Source of the DNA: Octopus vulgaris
Taxonomy: Eukaryota
Assembly (NCBI GenBank): GCA_951406725.2
Contig: OX597818.1
Coordinates: 37,138,001-37,202,000 of the forward strand
DNA: 64,000 nt
Direction: 5' to 3'
This document shows, piece by piece, positions 11,957-27,741 of this stretch. The notes under the pieces were generated by a model. It searched no databases, was not told the origin of the DNA, and was given only the letters and a program-made list of their open reading frames with translations. The translations under genes were made by a program, and so were the position numbers. Numbering within the stretch: the first letter of the stretch is position 1; each line of letters starts with the position of its first letter.

Positions 11957-12171
11957 CTTACTCTTTTACTCTTCTACTTGTTTCAGTCATTTGACTGTAG
12001 CCATGCTGGAGCACCGCCTTTAGTCGAGCAAATCGACCCCAGGACTTATTCTTTGTAAGCCTAGTACTTATTCTATCTGTCTATTTTGCCGAACCGCTAA
12101 GTTACGGGGACGTAAACACACTAGCGTCGGTTGTCAAGCGATGTTGGGGGGACAAACAGACACACAAACAT

Positions 12172-12229
<58 letters not shown>

Positions 12230-12233
12230 GCAC

Positions 12234-12285
<52 letters not shown>

Positions 12286-12340
12286 TTGTGTGTCTGTGTT
12301 TGTCCCCCCAACATTGCTTGACAACCGGCGCTTGTGTGTA
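11957..12340 (-). mobile_element. SINE family B 3' half with fold-back (inverted) duplication around its internal microsatellite
   Basis: 11957-12172 matches the SINE B tail. About 12270-12338 is an inverted copy of about 12116-12185. Confidence 0.85.
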
Positions 12341-12350
12341 TATATATATA

Positions 12351-13562
12351 TGTTTTAGCCCGAAGGCCGCGGCCACGCTGGGGCACCACCGCTGAACGAG
12401 CTACACTAATATGTGAATCCACCTCTGATACGTGGCACTTGATCAACAAGGGAGTTCGATGCTGCTGCCCGCATCTGCGTCTCCTGTCGTGAGGTAGGTT
12501 CATCTGGGACTCCCGACAAAAAGAGATCCAGTTTAGTTTTAAAGAAACCCACATCCACACCATGTAAGTCTCTCAGGCATTTAGGGAGGATGTTAAAGAG
12601 CTGTGGTCCTCTGAAACCCAAGCTGTTGCAGTATCTGGACCTGTATTTTGATGGTGATGTTGGAATCTTTGGCACCATGCAATGGCGCCCCGTTCTGCGG
12701 CTGGGGTAACTTTGAATGCCAAAGTTTGGGACAAGACCCTCCAGGATTTTCCAGATGTATATCACCGCATATCTCTCCCGCCTCCGCTCTAGGGAGAAGA
12801 GGTTTAATACTTTCAGCCTTTCCCAATAGCTGATATTTTGCATTGAGACGATTTTCTTTGTGTAGCTTCTCTGAATTACTTCGAGTTCTGCTGTTAGTTT
12901 TATATTGTGTGGTGACCATAGTTGGGAGCAGTAGTCCAAGCGGCTGAGGACGAATGTTTTTCCATAGGACCATCAGTGTCTCCTTCTCTCTTGTTCTGAA
13001 AGTTCGAGAATCCATCCAGCTTGCCGTCTGCATTTTATCACCAGATTAGTAATATGCACTTGGAAAGATGCATCATTGCTCATGTCAATGCCCAGGTCAC
13101 GCACTGATTTTGACTCAGGGATTGCAATTCTTCCTCGGCCAGTGTATCCAGTATGCACGTCGTTTACCTTTGTGTGCCGGTAGCGCAGGGCCTGGAACTT
13201 ACCTGCATTAAACTGCATGTTGTTGTCCTCAGCCCACCTGTATATTGTGTCCAACTCCTGTTGCAGATGCGCAATATTTTCAGGGTTTTGTATTGTGTGG
13301 GAGACTTTTGTGTCATCTGCATAGCTAGCAAGGGTGGTCATCGTAGCAACAGAAGGCATGTCTGAAAGGGCCACTATGAACATCAGTGGCCCCAAGACAG
13401 TGCCCTGTGGGACACCGCTTGTTATTTGTGTTTCCATGGAGGTGGCTCCATTGCTCACAACTGCCTGTTTTCTGTCTTTTAGGAAGTTGTGCAGCCACTC
13501 TCCAAGTTTTCCGCCTATGCCGAGACCACGCAGTTTGTGACAGATCATACCATGGTCGACTT
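12351..13562 (-). mobile_element. CR1-like LINE, 5'-truncated (RT domains plus C-terminus plus 3' UTR), one frameshift near 13000
   Basis: ORFs 12973..13548 (SGVPQGTVLGPLMF, YADDTK) and 12406..12939 (LDYCSQLWSP, LERRRERY). 3' UTR GGTGCCCCAGCGTGGCCGCGGCCTTCGGGCTAAAAC. Confidence 0.92.
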
Positions 13563-13582
13563 TATTATATATATATAATATA

Positions 13583-13791
13583 TTCTTTTACTCTTTTACT
13601 TGTTTCAGTCATTTCACTGCGGCCATGCTGGAGCACCGCCTTTAGTCGAGCAAATCAGCCCCGGGACTTATTCTTTGTAAGCCCAGTACTTATTCTATCG
13701 GTCTCTTTTGCCGAACCGCTAAGTGACGGGGACGTAAACACACCAGCATCGGTTGTCAGGCAATGCTAGGGGGACAAACACAAACACACAA

Positions 13792-13883
<92 letters not shown>

Positions 13884-14039
13884 GACGGGCTTCTTTCAGT
13901 TTCCGTCTAAAACATCCACTCACAAGACTTTGGTCGGCCCGAGGATATGCTAGAAGATACTATCCCAAGGTGCCACGCAGTGGGACTGAATCCGGAACCA
14001 TGTAGGTTGGTAAGCAAGCTACTTACCACACAGCCACTC
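13583..14039 (-). mobile_element. SINE family B, full length
   Basis: Matches 5068-5465. Confidence 0.92.
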
Positions 14040-14096
14040 TTATTTGTTGGATCACTTCAAATGGCAAGTTTAGTATCCAAACATAGGTACTAGATC

Positions 14097-14480
14097 TGTA
14101 TGTATGTATGTATGTATGTATGTATGTATGTATGTATGTATGTATGTATGTATGTATGTATGTATGTATGTATGTATGTATGCTTGTGTGTAATGTATAT
14201 GTGTATGTTTGTATACATGTATGCATGTATATTTGCATGTATCTGTGTACGTATGTATACATATACGAGCGTATGTACGTATGCATGTATCAATGAATGA
14301 ATGTATATATGTATGTATGCATATATATATATATGTATATGAATATATATGTCTATATGTAATGAATATATGTAATGAATATATATGTGTGTGTATATGT
14401 AATGAATATATATATGCATATATGTATATGAATATATATATGTATATATGTAATGTATATATGTAATGAATATATGTATA
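14097..14480. repeat. (ATGT)n plus degenerate TA-rich repeat
   Basis: Direct inspection. Confidence 0.9.
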
Positions 14481-14482
14481 TT

Positions 14483-14693
14483 TTTTTTTACTTGTTTCAG
14501 TCATTTGACTGCGGCCATGCTGGAGCACCGCCTTTAGTCGAGCAAATTGACCCTGGGACTTATTCTTTGTAAGCCCAGTACTTATTCTATCGGTCTCTTT
14601 TGCCGAACCGCTAAGTGACGGGGACGTAAACACACCAGCATCGGTTGTCAAGCGATGTTGGGGGGACAAACACAGACACACAAACATACACAC

Positions 14694-14741
<48 letters not shown>

Positions 14742-14904
14742 GACAAGCTTCTTTCAGTTTCCGTCTACCAAATCTACTCACAAGGCATTGGTCGGCTCGA
14801 GGATATGGTAGAAGACACTTGCCCAAGATGCCGCGCAGTGGGACTGAACCCGGAACCATGTGGTTGGTAAGCAAGCTACTTACCACACAGCCACTCCTGC
14901 GCCT
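14483..14904 (-). mobile_element. SINE family B, full length
   Basis: Matches 5068-5465. Confidence 0.92.
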
Positions 14905-14969
14905 ATATATGAATAAATAAATGAATATATATATATAATGAATGTATATATGTATGTGGCATGTATGTA

Positions 14970-15079
14970 TGTAGGTAGGTAGGTAGGTAGGTAGGTAGGT
15001 AGGTAGGTAGGTAGGTAGGTAGGTAGGTAGGTAGGTAGGTAGGTAGGTAGGTAGGTGGGTAGGTAGGTCGGTAGGTAGG
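14970..15079. repeat. (TAGG)n microsatellite
   Basis: Direct inspection. Confidence 0.95.
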
Positions 15080-15424
15080 AATGCATGCATGCATGCATTC
15101 ACTGCGTTTCTATGTATTTACGCTCTCTAGTGTTTCTTTTAATTTTTATCGAGATAAGAGTTGGATCACTCATTGAATTGCAAAACGCTTTGAGGAGGTT
15201 AAACAATACTTTGTGTAAATTATCGAACTAAATGTCAAGAACCTTATTCATACTTTGACTGTCCCACTAATGGGTCGGAATGTATTCGTAAGTGCTGCTC
15301 CAAATCTTGAGAATCAAACGGCCATATATTTCGTTTGAGTTCACCAGAAAATAAATAAATCTAGGGTTTTGGGGCATAAAAGAAAAGAATTGCCAATCGA
15401 TCCAAATTTAAAGCTCGGTACTTA

Positions 15425-15857
15425 TTCTTTTCTACTCTAGACACAAGGCCCGAAATTTTTGGGTTGGGAGCCAGTCGATTAGATCGACCTCTGTACGCAA
15501 CTGGTACTTAATTTATTGACCCCGGAAGGATGAAAGGCAAAGTTGACTTCGGCGGTATTTGAACTCAGAACATAAAGACAGACGAAATACCGCTAAACAT
15601 TTTACCCAGGGTGCTAACGTTTCTTATTTCTTTATTGCCCACAAGGAGTTAAACATAGATGGGACAAACAAGGACAGACAAAGAGATTAAGTCGATTACA
15701 TCGACCCCAGTGCGTAACTGGTACCTAATTTATCTACCCCGAAAGGATGAAAGGCAAAGTCGACCTCGGCGGAATTTGAACTCAGAACGTAATGGCAGAC
15801 GAAATACCTCAAAGCATTTCACCCGGGGTGCTAAAGTTTCTGCCAGCTCGCTGCCTT
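15425..15857 (-). mobile_element. SINE A heterodimer (two subfamily tails) inserted in a degraded SINE B
   Basis: Two tandem bodies. Flanking duplication CGGTACTTATTCT at 15416-15428 and 15863-15875. The degraded SINE B continues at 15863-16127. Confidence 0.85.
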
Positions 15858-16235
15858 AATCCCGGTACTTATTCTATCGGTCTCTTGCTCAATCACTCGC
15901 TTTCCGGAACGTAAACACTCCAACACCGGTTGTCGAGCAGTCGTAGGGGACAAACACAGACACAGACATACACTTCTTCCAGCTAACGTCTACCAATTCC
16001 ACTCTCGAGGTATTGGTGGACCTAAGGTTCTAGTAGAAAAAAACTTGCCCTAGGTGCCACGCAGAAGGACTGAACACGGAACTTTGAGGCTGGGAAGCAA
16101 GCTTTTTGCCACACATATATGCCTGCGTCTCTATACATAAACATAAATACATACATACATACATACATACATACATACATACATACATACATACATACAT
16201 ACATACATACATACATGCATGCATGCATGCACATA

Positions 16236-17123
16236 TTGAGGTTGTCCCAAAAAATTTGACATCATTTCAGATGTCCATATTGGAGTGATTACATGGTCAA
16301 GAGAAATGAAGCTTAATAGGCTTAATTTTGAACACAGCAAATTTTATTCTACAGATTTTCAACGAAAATTTCTGCGAGATGATAATTTTTATAATATCTT
16401 AAAGTTATCACAGTTCGTTGAGATGGTGCAGAACACACTCAATTTTGGTGAGTCCCTTTCGTGTCCAATTGTGACATGTGGATTTTTCTTCGCCCCGAAT
16501 GCGAACATTTTCCATTCGCATGGAATATGGCCTCGTCGCTGAAAACAAGACGGTTTTCAAAGTCATCACCTTCAAGCTTCTTTAACGCGTTTGCTTGTCG
16601 ACCGGTTTAAAAGTATGCACAAGCTGAAGCTTGTAGAGGATTAGTCGCAAGCGTTTTTTTTTATGACACGCCAAACAGTTGACTTGGGGATCCGGGTTTC
16701 CCGGCTCGCTCTTTGCACAGATTTCTTTGGACTCCGACTAAGCCTTTCCCGAGGTTGGTGCACCATCTCTTCTGAAACTGCTGGTCATCCAGATCCTTTT
16801 TTCCGTCACAAACAGCCTTCCTCTTGAAACTTCTTATACCACATCCATATCTGCTTACCTGTTGGCACTTGTTTATGAAGTCTTCTTACAAATACACGTT
16901 GCACATCCGCATTTGACTGAGTTTGGGCGTACTTCAATTCACAAAACGCCTTTTCTGTTGCAGTAAACGACATGTCTAATCTTGAAAAAAATAGCAAACG
17001 AAAGATCATATTTTAAAAACGTATTGAATTCTAGACATACAGCTAAAATTTGAGACAACGTGGACGAAACTTGTTCGCGTTATTAGGTGATGAAATGACA
17101 TCAGCTGTTTTGGGATACCTTGT
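16236..17123 (-). mobile_element. Internally deleted Tc1/mariner element (DUF4817-type HTH N-terminus to first catalytic D)
   Basis: MSFTATEKAFC...VQRVF...KKFQEEGCL, RSPKKSVQRASRE..IPKSTVWRV, YKLQLV, LVFSDEAIFH, HERDSPKL.VFC. Degenerate TIRs (GGT.TCCCAAAA...TGA..TCATTTCA) at both ends next to TA. Confidence 0.85.
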
Positions 17124-17124
<1 letters not shown>

Positions 17125-17172
<48 letters not shown>

Positions 17173-17290
17173 TACATACATACATACATACATACATACA
17201 TACATACATACATACATACATACATACAGCTAGACAGACATACATGAATGTGTGTATGATAGATAGAGTGAGAGAGAGAGAGAGAGAGAT
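17125..17290. repeat. (CA)n/(CATA)n/(GA)n microsatellites
   Basis: Direct inspection. Confidence 0.9.
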
Positions 17291-18216
17291 AAAAATATGT
17301 GTGCATGATATGTATTTTGTTCATATAGGGCAATCCAGTAGCCTAATAGTCCGACGTTTTCCCCGACTTATACTCGGTTTCTCAGACACAAGATGACTGG
17401 ACAATAGATTAAGCAGAGGAGGCCTCTGTTATTATTCACAATTTCTCAAATATCGTTGATCATATAATTTCTGATCATGTGAGGGGGGAATTTATTTAAA
17501 AGATATGCATATATATAAGCACTCACACACGCGCGTGATAGACAAAGAACATGTACCAACAAAATAATAGTTGTTGATTGTATTGTTTAATTAAATGGAG
17601 TGGCATGAAACGATCGTACTGCATTACCTCTGGATATCCTTGTTGCTTATTTTGATTTTAATCACCTTATTTTGAAATTGTATCGATAATACCGTACCAA
17701 ATTCTGGTGCCTCAACTTAAGCACCATATTCATCTGAATCTACATATATATGCACACATACATACATACATACATACATACATACATACAAATGCATGAG
17801 TATGCGGCGAAAACACTCGCGCGGGCACACACGCACACATACATAAGATAAATGCGCGTACAAATATATATATATATGATAGTTTTTATAAAGGAAGTAT
17901 AGTTTTATTTGGGAAAGCATTTATATGTATGGAAAACATCATCAGAAGAATTAATTTTTTAAGTATAAAACAATAAAGATACGACCGAAATGCAGTATAG
18001 TGTATGAAAGGTAATAGTCGGTCCCAGGTATAAATATATTTAGATAATTTTGATTATAAATGTATATACAGAAAAGCATATGATGAACCGCTAAATAAAT
18101 GTTTATATATATTATACATCTATAAAATATAGGCAGAATATGTACGTTAATACATCTGGTAAATATGCCATAAAGAGTTCATTACATAATTTCTTGCTAT
18201 ACATACATACATAAAC

Positions 18217-18287
<71 letters not shown>

Positions 18288-18418
18288 AGATAATGGTGTC
18301 ATTGAGACCCAAAAGTGTCAGGTAATGCTGAATAAGTGCTATAGACAGACCATAGTTGAGTTCAAGATTCGGTAATATTGCGAATAAAGGGTTCAACGTT
18401 GGTTCTATGTCAGCGCGT

Positions 18419-18636
18419 GTATATAAGAATTTTTTGCGTAATAAGATAAAAAAAACCAAGGCTGTATAGATATTAGAGCGTTTATAGATACAAGGTCTTA
18501 CAGCTGTTTCTAAGATAACCGTCTCTGATGAAGGGATATTATTAATTAATATCCTAGAAACAGCTGTAAGACTTTCTATTTATAAATGCTCTAATATCTA
18601 TACAACCTTGGTTTTTTATCTTATTACGCAAACAAT

Positions 18637-18645
<9 letters not shown>
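18419..18645 (+). mobile_element. Penelope-like pseudo-LTR remnant forming a roughly 95-bp-arm inverted repeat
   Basis: Arms about 18419-18517 and 18550-18645 are reverse complements with some mismatches. Contains a hammerhead motif and is flanked by (TA)n. Confidence 0.7.
18521..18572 (+). ncRNA. Minimal type I hammerhead ribozyme (Penelope-type)
   Basis: Stem I GTCT/AGAC; core CTGATGA; stem II GGGATATT/AATATCCT; GAAA; palindromic stem III CAGCTG; cleavage triplet GUA. There is an A-A mismatch at the base of stem II. Confidence 0.75.
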
Positions 18646-18697
<52 letters not shown>

Positions 18698-19009
18698 TAT
18701 ACATCATAGGGTTTCACAGATATTCCATATATTAACAAATCCGCTTACAAATCGGTCCGGGGCTATTGTAAAAGAAGATTACAGAGTTTCTTTTCTACGG
18801 AAAGAATGTTCTAGGCGGAGCAGGAGGATACATGTAGATGGAAAGGTCACTGAAGAGGTCACTGATGACTGAGAAAGATTTGCAGACAAAGGACATAAGA
18901 TGAAATAGGAACAATAATAAACGAGTGAAGAATGAATATATAATGCGTATGTATTTGTGGCAAACAAAAAACATGATCGTCCCAAAATATGACAACATAT
19001 ATGTATATA

Positions 19010-20008
<999 letters not shown>

Positions 20009-20220
20009 TATATGTTTATATATATATATATTCAATCAGTTCAGTGGGATGGGATATCAGAAAATATAGGGGCTAGTTGGCTTGTTATAGAGTAGAAAGG
20101 GGTAAGTGACCTCCCGTAACCAAGGTGTCCCCAATAAGATCTAGAAATTGTTGTGTATGCATTTAATTCGGACCTAAGTAGGTGCCTCAGCTTTAAATAC
20201 TGTATTGAAATGAATCTTGT

Positions 20221-20285
20221 ATATATATATTATTTATATTATTATTTGATTGAACACCACCATCCATTTCCAAGTAAGTTTATAT

Positions 20286-20337
<52 letters not shown>

Positions 20338-20398
20338 CGTGGCGTTCAATCAAATAATAATATATATTATTATACATATAAATGCATATATAAATATG

Positions 20399-20436
<38 letters not shown>

Positions 20437-20496
20437 CATATTATATATATATATGTATGTATGTATGTATGTATATATATATATACATATATATAC

Positions 20497-20530
<34 letters not shown>

Positions 20531-20600
20531 ATATAAACTTACTTGGAAATGGATGCGTAGCATTCAATCAAATAATAATATAAATAATATATATATATAT
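20221..20600. repeat. Inverted duplication (about 70-bp arms) around a (TA)n tract, plus an extra partial arm
   Basis: 20221-20290 versus 20526-20600 are reverse complements. An extra partial copy lies at 20337-20370. Confidence 0.8.
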
Positions 20601-20727
20601 ATATAATATTAATTAGAGACAAAACCACTATTTTGCAAATCAAACAAGGAAAGACTTAATCAATACATAAAAAAATTTCCTTGTTTGATTTACAAAATAG
20701 TGGTTTTGTCTCTAATTAATATTATAT
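20601..20727. repeat. 52-bp-arm inverted repeat (possible Penelope-like remnant)
   Basis: 20601-20652 versus 20676-20727, one mismatch. Confidence 0.85.
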
Positions 20728-20805
20728 AATATTTTACTATAAAATTGAATTCAATCCTAAATCTGATTTTTCCCTGTAAATTTGGATTTATTCCCTAATA
20801 TTTAT

Positions 20806-20834
<29 letters not shown>

Positions 20835-20836
<2 letters not shown>

Positions 20837-21041
20837 GCATATATGGGTACAGGACGTCACCAACAGTAAAATGTATGAAATACGAAAAGAATGAGTTCAA
20901 TACGCAAACAACGAGAGAAACAAATGGAAAACAGGACAAGAAACATAACGAGCGACCCTTCATCAGTTGTTGACTGTCTATCTACTCCTCATTTTGAGCA
21001 ATGTTTTTACTGTTGGTAACGTCCTGTACCCATATATGCAT
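20835..21041 (-). mobile_element. 37-bp-arm inverted repeat enclosing a CTGATGA motif (probable Penelope-like remnant)
   Basis: Arms 20835-20871 and 21005-21041. Minus-strand CTGATGAAGGG at about 20956-20966. Confidence 0.5.
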
Positions 21042-21044
21042 GTT

Positions 21045-21089
<45 letters not shown>

Positions 21090-21169
21090 CTGAGCGAGAG
21101 GAAGACAGATACACAGATGTATATGTGTATGTATGTATGCGTGTGTGTGTATGTATATGTATTTTCCTC

Positions 21170-22148
21170 TCTAGTTTCAGCTCAGAGCTGCGGCCATGCT
21201 GATGCACCGCCGTTTTGTGCTACACCGTTATTACGAAGAACCTCGTGTAATATGTAGCACTTGGTGAAGAATGGAGTTTGATATAGCTACTCTCATTCGC
21301 ACCTCTTGCCGTGAGGTAGGTTCATCTGGGACTCTTGACAGGAAGATGTCCAGCTTTGATTTAAAAACCGCTACATCTACTTTGTGCAAGTTCCTCAGAC
21401 TCTTTGGGAGAATATTAAAAAGCTGTGGGCCCTTGAAACCCAGGCTGTTGCAGAAGCTGGTCCTGAAGCGTGATGGCATTGCTGGGATATTTGGCACTAT
21501 GCAGTGTCGTCCCGTTCTAGCATTGGTGTAGCTTACAATGCCAAAATTTGGCACAATTTCTTCCAGGATCTTCCAGACATATGTTACTGCATACCTCTCC
21601 CGTCATCTCTCCAAGGAGTAGAGTCTTAGCTGTTTCAACCTTTCCCAGTAGCTGAGCTGTTGCAAAGAGACGATCTTCTTTGTAAATCTTCTCTGGATTG
21701 CTTCAAGGTCCGCTGTTAATTTTACACTGATGGGTGACCATAACTGTGAGCAGTAATCCAGGCGGCTGAGGATGAATGTCCGCCAGAGGACCGTCATGGT
21801 TTCCTTATCTCTGGTTCTGAATGTTCTTAGGATCCACCCAGCCAGTCGTCTGCACTTTGTCGCCATCCTGGTAATGTGCACTTGGAAAGAGGTATCATCA
21901 CTCATGTCGATACCCAGGTCCCTCACAGACTTAGGCTCTGGGATTGAAATTCCCTGTGGACCGATGTATCCTGTAAGTTTAATATTCAGTTTTGGATGCT
22001 GGTAGCGCAGGGCCTGGAATTTTTCAACATTAAACTGCATATTATTATCCTCAGCCCATCTGTAGATTGAGTCCAACTCCTGCTGCAGGTGTGCAACATC
22101 GCTGGGGTTCTGTATTTTCTGCGAGACTTTCGTATCGTCTGCATAGCT
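21170..22148 (-). mobile_element. CR1-like LINE 3' fragment (third subfamily), truncated at SYADD
   Basis: ORFs 21603..22217 (SYADDTKV...LDYCSQLWSP) and 21231..21554. 3' UTR GGCGGTGCATCAGCATGGCCGCAGCTCTGAGCTGAAAC. Confidence 0.92.
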
Positions 22149-22224
22149 GTATGTATATATATAAATATATACGTATATATACACACACACACAAAGAGAG
22201 AGAGAGAAAGAAAACATGAACCTA

Positions 22225-22420
22225 ACTTCCTAGGCCTCTATCTTTATCACCTTTCTTTACTCCTTCTCTTTCTGGTTTCTCCTTAATTTTCCTCTAGTAT
22301 CTGAAGAAGCACTAAGTCCGAAACGTTACAACTTTTACTCTTTTCATTCTTCTTTGAGCCGCAGCTAAATATTAACTGTTGAAGACCCTTGTGCGTTTGT
22401 TTTTTTTATTTTACTTTTTG
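22225..22420 (+). mobile_element. Probable Penelope pseudo-LTR fragment with degenerate hammerhead motif
   Basis: CTGAAGA-agcactaagtcc-GAAA-CGT-TA at 22301-22328 (palindromic AACGTT stem III) in a pyrimidine-rich context. Stems I and II are eroded. Confidence 0.45.
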
Positions 22421-22429
22421 TTTTTCCCT

Positions 22430-22490
22430 ATATACATCTATTCATATATAAATATATATGCATGTATATATATATATATACATATACATA

Positions 22491-22550
<60 letters not shown>

Positions 22551-22607
22551 TGCATATATGTGTATAAGTGAAATATATGTGTGTACATACACAAAAACCC
22601 CACACAT

Positions 22608-22653
<46 letters not shown>

Positions 22654-22719
22654 ATATATGTATATATATGTATATATATGTATATATATGTATGTATATA
22701 TATATGTATGTATATATAC

Positions 22720-22765
<46 letters not shown>

Positions 22766-22772
22766 GTATATA

Positions 22773-22825
<53 letters not shown>

Positions 22826-22850
22826 ACATACAAGAACGCATATATGTCCA
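22430..22850. repeat. (TA)n-rich compound microsatellite
   Basis: Direct inspection. Confidence 0.95.
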
Positions 22851-23087
22851 TATTCAAGTATACGTTTTATTATTTTTATTTGGCAAGAAGTTAGGAAAAT
22901 GACTCGAGTGATGAGAGTTTCGTCTTTGGCATTTTAATCGCTGCCACGCTACAAACTCTGCCCTCAAGTCACTCTGGTGGCCTTCTTCTGATTGAAAATA
23001 ATCCGTGCGCGTGTGTATGTATTTCAGTATGTTTACATGTATGAAAATATATATACATATTCATATTTATGTGTACGTATATATATG

Positions 23088-23353
23088 TATAATATAATAT
23101 AATATAATATAATATAATATGATATATTATAATATAATATAATATAATATAATATAATATAATATAATTTGATATATTATAATATAATATAATATAATAT
23201 AATATAACATGATATATTATAATATAACATGATATATTATAATATAATATAATATAATATAATATAATATAATATAATATAATATAATATAATATAATAT
23301 AATATAACATGATATATTATAATATAATATAATATAATATAATATAATATAAT
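23088..23353. repeat. (ATAAT)n pentanucleotide array with periodic ACATGATATATT variant units
   Basis: Direct inspection. Confidence 0.95.
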
Positions 23354-24021
23354 GAGATGGTCATATCTTAAAAATTAGACGCACGCACTATATATTTAGT
23401 CTTCAACTCAGCTAAATTATTATCATTATTTTAGTTTCTTTGTCAAAGTTCTTGTTCTTTCGTCACACATCCTGTGACCTCAGCAATAAATCTCTATCCC
23501 AAGTGTCACCTCTTGTTCTGCTTATTCCATTTTATCTTTCTGTAGTATACACACACACACACACGTATCTATGTATTTAACCTGTTCGTTCTACCAAGCC
23601 TATATTCACAAACACACACACTCACACACATACAAACATGAACACACTTGCATACACGCACGCAAGCAAATGTACTAGAGTTTAATTAACGTTATTTTGT
23701 ACAATATATATATAATTCCTAATACTTGTTCCTATAATGTATGATTTGCATACGTGAGGGATGTGTGTGCGCGCACAAAAATGTGCGCACATACATGTGT
23801 ATGTGTGTGTACGCGTGCATGAGTATGTGAGTATGTCTGCATTTATTTTTTTTTTTTAATATTTTGTCATAACTAACTCCTACTCATCCGACATTTCAAA
23901 TTTTTTTCTTGATGTTTAATTTGATAACTTGAATTACATATATGTACCATAGAGATAAGTCACATCAGCTGCTGGACTTATAAAATTATACGCACGTAAG
24001 AACAAGTATACATACCCCCTG

Positions 24022-24064
<43 letters not shown>

Positions 24065-24269
24065 GGTGTGTGTATGCATATAACTATATCATTTAGTGCG
24101 TTTTTAACTTTTATATTGTATATTTTTTAGATGGTCCTATTCTGTTTTAGAAGTGTGTGTATGCATGCGTGTGTGTGTGTGTGTGCATATAACTATTATT
24201 TTATTCGTTAAGTTTAGAAAATTCATGGTTGTGTATTTTTTATATATTTTTGAAAGGGCGTGATAAGGT

Positions 24270-25900
<1,631 letters not shown>

Positions 25901-26279
25901 ACCTAGGATAGCATGCCACCCTATTTAAAAAAAAAAAAGAAACGATTGGTGTATATAGTTTTAAACTTAATCAACGACAGTAAACATTTGAACCCCCTTC
26001 CTTCCTCGCCCACCCCCCTCCCGATTACGAAAAAAAAAACGATATTCAACTAAAATAAATTACAAAACAACAACAACAACAAAAATATTTAATATCTAAA
26101 TAATTGACTTCATTAGTTTTTGAAATATATATAAACATCTGTCCTAATTTTATATTTGCTTTAATATAAATATAATATATATATATATATATATATACAT
26201 ATATACTGTGTTTTAATATTTCAATGTGTTGAATAAGTCAGACCAACACTTAAATGTTAATGTGTGATAGTATGAAAAA

Positions 26280-27703
26280 CAACCCTTCAACACACACTTG
26301 TAAAGCCGACGATCAGATCTGGCGGAATATACCGAGAATGTCTTGAAGCTTTATTTTAGAAATATTCGTTTTGTTTTGTAAATCTAGAAACAACAATCAA
26401 AACTCGATTGAAAAATTGAGTTTAATAAAAGGAATATTAGCAATTCTTTCAAACGCCTACCATGTAAAATTCCGTCGAAATTTTTCGTTGGTTTCCGGTA
26501 TAATCCGTAAACTGAAAAAAAAAATTTTGTTTTAAAATTATTATCCGTCATTTTGTCCGATTATTGTACATAAGCTGTTTGTTAATTAATTATATTAAAA
26601 AGGGGGAGAAAAGAAGAAGAAGGAAAAAATTTTTAAATTTATTCATATTTCCCATGAGACCTGAAAGGTGTAGGTCGGAAGGCGGTGCTACTAGTTTCAT
26701 CATTAACGGTGAAGAGAAGAGACTGAGTAACAGGACAAACAACAACATTATCATCATTTGCTACCGACGTTACACTGTCGATAGCGTTACCACTTCCATC
26801 TTGTCGACTACTGCTACCACCTCTGTATAGTAAATATACGAAAAAGAAGACACAAATAAAGAAAGAAACAAAAAAAAAAGCCACCACCACCACCACTACA
26901 CAAAGCTTGGATAACTTAAAGTCTAGTCGCAATACATTTCTCTGTTACACTCGGAAGAGAAGGCGATCAGACAGACGTGTTTGTTAGGTTCTCGCCATTT
27001 TTCTCATGGAAACACATATACATATTTATTCACTCACTCACAACAACAACAACAAACAACAGCGAAGCTTCTTCTCCTAAATGTTGTTACCGTGTCGTGG
27101 AAATTGTTACTTCTCTCTTTCTCTCTATATATATCTCTGTCTCTATCTATCTCTCTCTCTCTCACGCTCTCTCTCCCCCTAAATGTGTGTGCAACTATGC
27201 ATAAAAAAAACACCCAAACTCTTTTAAGAAGAAGAAGGTTTTGTGTTTGTTTGTAAAGCTGTATTTAAAACCTTTGACTAACCACTACAGAGGCGATATA
27301 ACAAACAAAATACAAGGTACTAACATAACAGTAAGAAGACACAAAACAAGAAGGTAGGACGCGATCAACAAACAAAAAAACATCAAATTATACACAGACA
27401 TATACACACACAGACACACACACTATATATACATACATATATATATATATTTAAGCTATTACATATATTTATCTATGTAAACATGTACAGCAACACTCAC
27501 AAGTTATTAATAACCTATAAGAAATCAACTTTCGGTTTATAAACGCGCACACAAAACTGTATATGTTTTAAAACACTGTGAAGTGTTTATGAATATTAGT
27601 TACCAAAGTACTTATATGTATTAGATTATCAAGTAAATAACAACTAAAATCTGTACTACGTCAACGTACCTTCTTCACTTTAAACCTATATAAACTTTCG
27701 TAC

Positions 27704-27741
<38 letters not shown>

